64,000 nt of DNA, from assembly GCA_039714075.1 (NCBI GenBank), contig JBDLKA010000002.1, positions 37,234-101,233 of the forward strand, in the 5' to 3' direction. Positions 57,625-64,000 of this stretch are shown in pieces (position 1 is the stretch's first letter; each line of letters begins with the position of its first letter). A program made the translations under genes and the position numbers. Source of the stretch: Candidatus Krumholzibacteriota bacterium (lineage in GTDB: Bacteria; Krumholzibacteriota; Krumholzibacteriia; LZORAL124-64-63). The notes beneath the pieces were generated by a model that saw nothing but the letters and a program-made list of their open reading frames with translations, made no database searches and was not told the origin of the DNA.

Positions 57625-60606
57625 ATGTGCCGTACCCGACTCCATGGCATTTTTCTGCCTGTTTTTTGGATCCTGGTGGCCATTGGCGGGTTGTGGAGTG
57701 CGGCATCAGCCGGGGATCTCAACCATGGTGTCGAGTCCATCACCCTGGAGGAACTCTTCCCCGACGCCCTTTACGATGGCAGCATCCCCACCCAGGTCGG
57801 CGTTACCGGTGTGGAACCCGGACAGCGGCCCCTGCGGCCGGATGAGGTCCTGGCTTTCTACCGGGCCCTGGCCGACGCTTCGCCCCGGGCGCATCTGCTG
57901 GAATACGGCCGCAGCCACGAGGGCCGGCCCATGGTGATCCTGGCGGTCTCGGACGAGGCGGCGATCGCCGACCTCGACGGTTTCAAACAACGTCACACCG
58001 AGTTGCTGGATCCCCGGGGCCAGAAGCTGCCGGGCGCCGCCGACCTGGCCGGAACCAAGGCCGTGGCCTGGATGGCCTACGGCATCCACGGCGACGAACT
58101 GAGCAGCACGGACGCCGCCGCCTCCGTGGCCTGGCTGCTGGTCGCGGGCCAGGACGAGGCCACCAAAAAGCTGCGGGACAAGCTCGTGGTGCTCATCGAT
58201 CCCTGTGAAAACCCCGACGGCCGGGCCCGCTATCTGGCCCAGACCCTGTCCTTCGCCCACCGCACGGCCAACCCCGACCAGGATGATCTTTCCCACCGCG
58301 CGGTCTGGCCCTGGGGTCGCGGCAACCACTACCTGTTCGACATGAACCGGGACTGGTTCACCATGAACCAGCCCGAAAGCGCCCGGTCCCGGGAAATCGC
58401 CTCCTGGCTGCCGCAGCTTCTGGTGGACAGTCACGAGATGGGCGCCAACGCGTCCTACCTGTTCCCGCCGCCGCGGCACCCGTTCAATCCCCATCTGCCG
58501 CCCAACGCCCGCAAGTGGGAACGCCCGTTTTCCGACGACCAGGCCCGCGCCCTGGACGGCCGCGGCTATCCCTACTTCACCGGCGAATGGAACGAGGAGT
58601 TCTTCCCCGGTTACGGTTCCTCCTGGGCGTCCTACCACGGCGCCATCGGCATCCTGTACGAGATGTCCCGCACCACCGGCACCCTGGTGCGCAAACGCAA
58701 CGGCACGGTGCGGACCTTCGCCCAGGCCGTCGAACATCAGACCACCTCGTCGGTGGCCAACCTGACCTCACTGGCGGACGACACGGCCGCTATTCTCGCC
58801 GACCATGTCGCCGCCCGCGCCCAGGCGGTGGACGACGGGGGTTCGGGGATGGTGCGGGCCTGGGTATTTCCTCCCGACGCGAAATATCCCGGACGCCTGG
58901 ATGCCTTCGCGGCCCTTTTGACCGACCAGGGCATCGAGGTGATGACTCTGGCCGATGGATCCATCGACGCAAAGAACCTCATGGACGCCCGCACGGGTGA
59001 AAAATCCGGCCGGGAGCTGCCCACCGGGACCCTGCTGGTGAAACTGGACCAGCCCGCCGGCTACCTGGCCCGCGTGCTGCTGGATCCCCACATCCCCATG
59101 AACAGCACCTTTTTCCTGGATGAACGCGAGTATCTGGAAAAGGGCAAGGGCAGCCGCCTTTACGAGACAACCGCCTGGTCGCTGCCGCTGCTGCGGGCCA
59201 TTCCCGCCTACTGGACCAAATCCGTGCCCGGAGGCGATTGGCGGGCCTGGGCGCCCGAGGAAAAGATGGAAACGGCCGCTTTGGCCGATCCCTACAATTC
59301 GGTGATCATCGACGGTGACCCGGACCACGCACCGCGCCTGTTGGCGGATCTGTTGCAGGCCGGCATCACGGTCAGGGTGGCGCGCAAACCGTTCACCATC
59401 GGCGGCAGCGAATTCAGGCGGGGCGCCCTGGTGATTCGCGCGGAGGGTAATGCGGACAACCTCACCGCCGTCCTCGAGAAACTGGCGGCCAAACACAATG
59501 CTCCCCTGGTCCCCGTGACCACCGCCCGCGCCGAAGATGGCCCCGACATGGGCGGCAGTGAATACCCCGTCCTGGTGGCTCCGCGGGTGGGGGTCCTGAC
59601 GGGCATGCCTGTTTCGCCCACGGGCTACGGATCGATCTGGCACCTGCTGGACCAGGAACTCGATCTGCGTTTCAGTGCCCTTGATGTTGGTCGTTTCGGC
59701 ACCACCGATCTGTCCCGTTACAACGTCCTGGTTTTTCCCGGCGTGTTCGGCGGACCCGGCATGTACCGCCAGGTGCTCGGCACCGGGGGCGTGGACCGTC
59801 TGCGGCGCTGGATCGAGGCCGGCGGCACGGCCATCGGGGTCGATGGCGGGGCCCGTATGCTGGCCGACAAGGAGACGGGCTTGACCAAGGCCCGTTTCCG
59901 GAGCCAGGCCCTGGAGGAATTTCCGCCGCCGGTCTGGAGCATCGGCGCGGCCGAGGCCCAGGATGCGGGGCGGCCGGTGGCGACGGGGATGCGCGTGGAT
60001 CCCAAAGCCGATGACAAGAAAGGGGACAAGAAGCCCGAGCCAAGCCGGACGTCTCCCTATGACGTGGCGCCCATCTTCGGTCCGGGTGCCCTGCCTTTCA
60101 CCACCGGAGACGACCAGGGAACCCAACTGGACGAAGCCCCGGTCCTTCTCGACGAATGGCTGAAGGAAATCCTGGCCCCGGGCAAAAAAGCCCCGGACGA
60201 GGCCGACCGGAAGGCTGCGGACCAACGCCTGCGGCGGTTCATGCCCCAGGGCGTGATCCTGCGGGCCGATCTGGACGAGGAACTCTGGCTCAACTACGGT
60301 CTGGGATCCTCGATCAGCGTCTGGTTCGGCGGCAACGACTCCATGATCGCGGCACCGCCCGTTTCGGTGGCCGCCCGGTTCCCGGATACCGGTCGCCTGC
60401 ACCTGGGCGGCCTGCTGTGGCCCGAGGGAGCGGCGCGCCTGGCGAACACCGGATATGCCACCCGGGAAGCGGTGGGGCGCGGCCAGGTCATCCTGTTCGC
60501 GGAGCATCCGACCTACCGGCGCTGGGTCGTCGAGAGCGAACGCATGTTCATGAACGCCGTCCTGATGGGCCCGGGGCTCGGCACGAGGTGGTCTTCGCCC
60601 TGGTAA
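57625..60606 (+). CDS. Secreted M14 zinc carboxypeptidase-like protein with C-terminal GATase1-like domain
   Basis: Signal peptide; YGRSHEGRP, IHGDE (HxxE), NPDGR, GRGNHYLFDMNRD, DSHEM; later VLVFPG...WIEAGGTAIG. Confidence 0.9.
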   Translation: MCRTRLHGIFLPVFWILVAIGGLWSAASAGDLNHGVESITLEELFPDALYDGSIPTQVGVTGVEPGQRPLRPDEVLAFYRALADASPRAHLLEYGRSHEGRPMVILAVSDEAAIADLDGFKQRHTELLDPRGQKLPGAADLAGTKAVAWMAYGIHGDELSSTDAAASVAWLLVAGQDEATKKLRDKLVVLIDPCENPDGRARYLAQTLSFAHRTANPDQDDLSHRAVWPWGRGNHYLFDMNRDWFTMNQPESARSREIASWLPQLLVDSHEMGANASYLFPPPRHPFNPHLPPNARKWERPFSDDQARALDGRGYPYFTGEWNEEFFPGYGSSWASYHGAIGILYEMSRTTGTLVRKRNGTVRTFAQAVEHQTTSSVANLTSLADDTAAILADHVAARAQAVDDGGSGMVRAWVFPPDAKYPGRLDAFAALLTDQGIEVMTLADGSIDAKNLMDARTGEKSGRELPTGTLLVKLDQPAGYLARVLLDPHIPMNSTFFLDEREYLEKGKGSRLYETTAWSLPLLRAIPAYWTKSVPGGDWRAWAPEEKMETAALADPYNSVIIDGDPDHAPRLLADLLQAGITVRVARKPFTIGGSEFRRGALVIRAEGNADNLTAVLEKLAAKHNAPLVPVTTARAEDGPDMGGSEYPVLVAPRVGVLTGMPVSPTGYGSIWHLLDQELDLRFSALDVGRFGTTDLSRYNVLVFPGVFGGPGMYRQVLGTGGVDRLRRWIEAGGTAIGVDGGARMLADKETGLTKARFRSQALEEFPPPVWSIGAAEAQDAGRPVATGMRVDPKADDKKGDKKPEPSRTSPYDVAPIFGPGALPFTTGDDQGTQLDEAPVLLDEWLKEILAPGKKAPDEADRKAADQRLRRFMPQGVILRADLDEELWLNYGLGSSISVWFGGNDSMIAAPPVSVAARFPDTGRLHLGGLLWPEGAARLANTGYATREAVGRGQVILFAEHPTYRRWVVESERMFMNAVLMGPGLGTRWSSPW

Positions 60607-60676
60607 ATGGGGCGGGGCGGGAACTATATTTCCGGGACACTTTCAGCCTCCGGAAAATTTCGACCTGGAGAAGTCC

Positions 60677-61819
60677 ATGAATTTCGATCTCAACGAAAAC
60701 CAGAAGATGTTCCGCGACATGGTGCGAGACTTCGCCACCAAGGAAATCGAACCCATCGCCCACCAGATGGATGTCGATGCCGCCATGCCCGACACCCTGA
60801 TCGCCAAAATGCGTGACAACGGGTTCTTCGGCTTGGCCTTCCCCGAAAAATACGGCGGCCTGGGGGTGGACACGCTGACCTATTCTCTCGTGATCGAGGA
60901 GTTGGCCCGGGCCAGCGCCGGCGTCTGCGTGATGATCACCGTGCACAACAGCGTGGGCAGTTATCCGCTGGCCATGTTCGGGACCGAGGCGGTCAGGAAA
61001 CGGTTCCTGCCCCGCATGGCGGCGGGTGATATCGCGGCCTTCTGCGTGTCCGAAGCCGGTTCCGGCAGCGACGCCGCCGGCCTGGTGGCCACCGCCCGGA
61101 AGGACGGTGACCACTACGTCCTGAACGGGAGCAAGGCCTGGGTCACCAATGGCGCCCGTGCTTCCTTCTACGTCATCCTGGCCCGCACGCCGGGCACCAC
61201 GGGGCACAAGGATACCCACGCCTTCATCGTCGAACGGGACACGCCCGGGCTTTCGGTGGCCAAGAAGGAAGACAAGATGGGGCTGCGGTGCAGCGACACC
61301 GTGACCATCGACCTGGACGAGGTCCGGGTCCCCGCCGACCAACTTCTCGGCGGCGAGGGCGACGGCCTGCGCATTGCCTTGACGGCTCTGGACGGCGGCC
61401 GTATCGGCATCGCTTTCCAGGCCATGGGCATCGGTCAGGCCTGCTTCGAGGAATCCATCAAATACGCCCGGACCCGCGAGCAGTTCGGCAAGACCCTGGC
61501 GGCCCAGCCCGTGATCCAGAACATGATCGCCAACATGGGCACCGATCTGGAAGCCGCGCGCATGATGGGCTACCAGGCCTGCTGGCTAAAGGATGAAGGG
61601 CGCCCGTTCACCAAGGAGGCGGCCATGGCCAAGGTGATGGCCACCGAGGCGGCCTGGCGCGCGGCCGATACCGCGGTGCAGATCCACGGCGGCTACGGGT
61701 ACTGCAAGGAGTATGCGGTGGAGCGCTATTACCGCGACGTGCGGGTCACCCGGATCTACGAGGGCACCAGCGAAATCCAGCGCCTGGTCATCGCCCGCAA
61801 GCTGTTGGCGGAATACTGA
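60677..61819 (+). CDS. Acyl-CoA dehydrogenase
   Basis: FCVSEAGSGSDA, LNGSKAWVTN, LDGGRIGIA, GGYGY, IYEGTSEIQ. Confidence 0.96.
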   Translation: MNFDLNENQKMFRDMVRDFATKEIEPIAHQMDVDAAMPDTLIAKMRDNGFFGLAFPEKYGGLGVDTLTYSLVIEELARASAGVCVMITVHNSVGSYPLAMFGTEAVRKRFLPRMAAGDIAAFCVSEAGSGSDAAGLVATARKDGDHYVLNGSKAWVTNGARASFYVILARTPGTTGHKDTHAFIVERDTPGLSVAKKEDKMGLRCSDTVTIDLDEVRVPADQLLGGEGDGLRIALTALDGGRIGIAFQAMGIGQACFEESIKYARTREQFGKTLAAQPVIQNMIANMGTDLEAARMMGYQACWLKDEGRPFTKEAAMAKVMATEAAWRAADTAVQIHGGYGYCKEYAVERYYRDVRVTRIYEGTSEIQRLVIARKLLAEY

Positions 61820-61822
61820 TCC

Positions 61823-62236
61823 TCAACCCGGGGAGCGGGCGATCACCCAGACCCATCCCGCCACCGCCATCAGAACCGCCAGGACCCTGGCGGTTCTTTT
61901 TTCCCTGGGACTGAAAACCAGCTCGCGCCGCCAGGCCGGGACCAGGGTCGTCGCCACCCCTGCCATTACCCAGACGGAAAACAGGATCAGGCCGCCGGCA
62001 ATCAGGGGGCTGGCCGCGAACGCTTCCGTCAGCCGCCCGTGGGCCAGGGAAATCGCCGCGTGGGTACCTCCGCAGGTGGGGCAGGGAAGTCCGGTCAGGT
62101 CACGCAGCGGGCAGTGGGCCAGGCGCAAAACCAGGTCCGAATTGTACAGAACCGCCGCCAGGCCGAACAGGGCCACCAGGCCGAAGGGGAAAACCAGCAG
62201 GCGGGGCAAGGGGGAGTTTTCAGGAGCCAGGCGCAT
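61823..62236 (-). CDS. DUF2752 domain membrane protein
   Basis: CPLRDLTGLPCPTCGGTHA motif with flanking hydrophobic segments. Confidence 0.85.
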   Translation of the reverse strand: MRLAPENSPLPRLLVFPFGLVALFGLAAVLYNSDLVLRLAHCPLRDLTGLPCPTCGGTHAAISLAHGRLTEAFAASPLIAGGLILFSVWVMAGVATTLVPAWRRELVFSPREKRTARVLAVLMAVAGWVWVIARSPG

Positions 62237-62245
62237 GGAACCGGA

Positions 62246-62941
62246 TCAGCTCAAGCCCACCATCACCAGGATGGCGCTCGCGCTGATGAGGGACAGGCAC
62301 AGGGCCATGGGGGCGATGACAGCGGCTACGGCACGCCAGGGATCGGTCTCGTGGATGCTGTACAACCCGACGATGGTGACGAACAGGCTCCACAGGACCC
62401 CCAGCACACCCCCACAGAAAGGCACCAGGGCCAGGATGCTGGCCGCTTCCCCGTAGGCGGCCACCCTGAAAGTGGCTTCGAAACCGAGTTTGTTGCCGCC
62501 GACGAGCATCAGCATCAGATGTATGAGTCCTGCCTTGATGAAGACCAGGATCGCGACCGTGATGGGGCTGAACAGGAAAGCGAGGAAGGAAAACAGAGGG
62601 CCTTTGAAGACCTCCTCGAAATCCTCGGCGACGAACATCTGCAGGGAGCTGCCGGCCAGGGACCACATCCAGCCGAAGAATGCGGCAACGACGCCGAGAA
62701 CCAGGGCGAAATACAGCGGTTGGGCAAGACCCACCCGGGTCGGCATGCGGTGGAAGAAGGTGCGGGGGGTCAGCAGGACATCCTTGATGGTCAGATACAG
62801 GCCGTTGAGAAAACCGTACCGCTCGCGGCGTTCCCAGGGCGGCAGCAGCAGCCCTTCGGTCCCGGTGGTCCCGAAGCCCTGGTCGACCTCATCCTCGAAG
62901 TCGCTGCCGTGGAAATCGTCTGGTCCGTTGCCTACCGTCAA
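62246..62941 (-). CDS. Yip1-domain membrane protein
   Basis: PPWE...VLLTPRTFF, FEATFRVAAY, five or six hydrophobic segments; TTG start after GGAGA (inferred). Confidence 0.75.
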   Translation of the reverse strand: MTVGNGPDDFHGSDFEDEVDQGFGTTGTEGLLLPPWERRERYGFLNGLYLTIKDVLLTPRTFFHRMPTRVGLAQPLYFALVLGVVAAFFGWMWSLAGSSLQMFVAEDFEEVFKGPLFSFLAFLFSPITVAILVFIKAGLIHLMLMLVGGNKLGFEATFRVAAYGEAASILALVPFCGGVLGVLWSLFVTIVGLYSIHETDPWRAVAAVIAPMALCLSLISASAILVMVGLS

Positions 62942-63109
62942 ACCGTAATCTCCAATGTTGGTGGCCGCACGTCCAAGTACCTCTCTCCATACGCACTTGA
63001 CACCGAACCGTTGCAATAAAGACCGCCCGTGGCCCGGTACGCAGAGCAGGGTGCCACATCCGGAGCACCGGGACAAGGAGCAAACGCACCCGCCGGCAGG
63101 GCCCGGCGG

Positions 63110-64000
63110 TCATTTCGCCAGGACTTCGGATTCCCCTTCGGTGCGGGCGACCACCACGGCCCCGCAGCTGTCACTCCACACGTTCACCGAGGTCCGGAAC
63201 ATGTCCAGCACCGGATCGATGGCGAGGATCAGGGCCAGCCCCTCCAGCGGCAGGCCGACCGCTTCCAGGATGACCGAAATCATCACCAGGCCCGCGGCGG
63301 GAATCCCGGCGGCACCGATGCTGGCCAGCAGGGCGGTCAACACCACCAGGACCTGCGACAGGATTCCCAACTCCACCCCGTAGGCCTGGGCGATGAACAT
63401 GGCGGCCACGCATTCGTACAGGGCGGTGCCGTCCATGTTGATGGTGGCTCCCAAAGGGAGGACGAAACTCGTGACCCTGTTGCTGACACCGGCACCGTTT
63501 TCGATGCGGTCCATGGTCAGCGGCAGGGTCGCCGAGGAACTGCGCGTGCTGAAGGCGGTCAACAGGGCCGGCGCCATGACCCGGGCGTGGCGCTGCGGCG
63601 CCACGTTGCCGATGATCCTGACCAGCACCGGCAGGATGACGACCGCGTGGAGGAAGAGTGCTCCCAGAACGGTAAGGCCGTAGCGGGCCAGCGGCGCGAA
63701 GGCTTCGAAGCCGCTGGTCGCTGTGATCTTGGCCATCAATCCGAAGATGCCCACCGGTGCGGTGGCGATGACCCAGCCGGTGATTTTCATCATGGCGGCA
63801 AACAGGGTTTCCCAGAACCCCAACTGGGTCCGCCGCTTCTCCTCGGGCAGGGTGGTGACCGCCAGGCCGAACAGCAGGCAGAAGAAGATCAGGGGCAGCA
63901 TCTGGCCGGCGGCGGCCGCGGCCACGGGATTTTCCGGAACCATGCGCTGGATGATGCCCACGATATCGCCGGCCCCGCGTCCGGCAAGTTTTTCGGCCAG
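63110..64000 (-). CDS. Dicarboxylate/amino acid:cation symporter (DAACS), 5'-truncated by window edge
   Basis: PENPV, AFSTRSSSATLP, LPLGATINMDGTA, SIGAAGIP, DMFRTSVNVWSD. Confidence 0.96.
   Translation of the reverse strand: MAEKLAGRGAGDIVGIIQRMVPENPVAAAAAGQMLPLIFFCLLFGLAVTTLPEEKRRTQLGFWETLFAAMMKITGWVIATAPVGIFGLMAKITATSGFEAFAPLARYGLTVLGALFLHAVVILPVLVRIIGNVAPQRHARVMAPALLTAFSTRSSSATLPLTMDRIENGAGVSNRVTSFVLPLGATINMDGTALYECVAAMFIAQAYGVELGILSQVLVVLTALLASIGAAGIPAAGLVMISVILEAVGLPLEGLALILAIDPVLDMFRTSVNVWSDSCGAVVVARTEGESEVLAK

Noticed and set aside
24908..63040. Recurrent G[AT]TGGCCCG-like words in several intergenic hairpins, a possible REP family
   Set aside because: Short, GC-rich and inconsistent between copies; compatible with chance at 65% GC.
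1..64000. CRISPR arrays, prophage, IS elements, defence systems, recoded or frameshifted genes
   Set aside because: No repeat-spacer periodicity or mobile-element genes seen; recognised genes appear intact.

Overview
High-GC (about 65%) bacterial chromosome segment, densely coding and mostly housekeeping. No CRISPR array, integrase, transposase or prophage gene was seen. 1-33.8 kb is a co-oriented core-gene run: lipid kinase (partial), DUF5683-like protein, lepA-lepB-hemW-hrcA-grpE-dnaJ-rsmE, yqeY-cvpA-mutS2, dnaG-rpoD, tRNA-Ile2/Met(CAT), tRNA-Val(CAC), Zn-ribbon protein, RNase HI, rnpB, recJ-rel-dtd-maf-mtnA, rplM-rpsI-rpsB-tsf-pyrH-frr-uppS-cdsA-dxr-rseP. 34-64 kb holds an Omp85/TamA-like plus TamB-like pair, a lower-GC LVIVD-repeat secreted protein, uvrD/pcrA, two M1 and one M14 peptidases, a lamin-tail-like secreted protein, three acyl-CoA dehydrogenases with thiolase and hbd, an ArnT-like glycosyltransferase, DUF2752 and Yip1 proteins, and a partial DAACS symporter. 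The gene content (diderm envelope, DUF5683, PNPFNP/FlgD-Ig C-terminal domains) suggests an FCB-related candidate phylum such as Krumholzibacteriota, Latescibacterota or Eisenbacteria; this is inference. The best candidate for new biology is two kinds of C-terminal tag on exported proteins: FlgD-Ig/T9SS-like CTDs, and a short ...VAVEARSFGAVKAVFR-stop tail that may be an uncharacterised sorting signal. Also notable are a CIRCE-less, dnaK-less hrcA locus and structured or repeated elements in the ribosomal-protein and pyrH intergenic regions.
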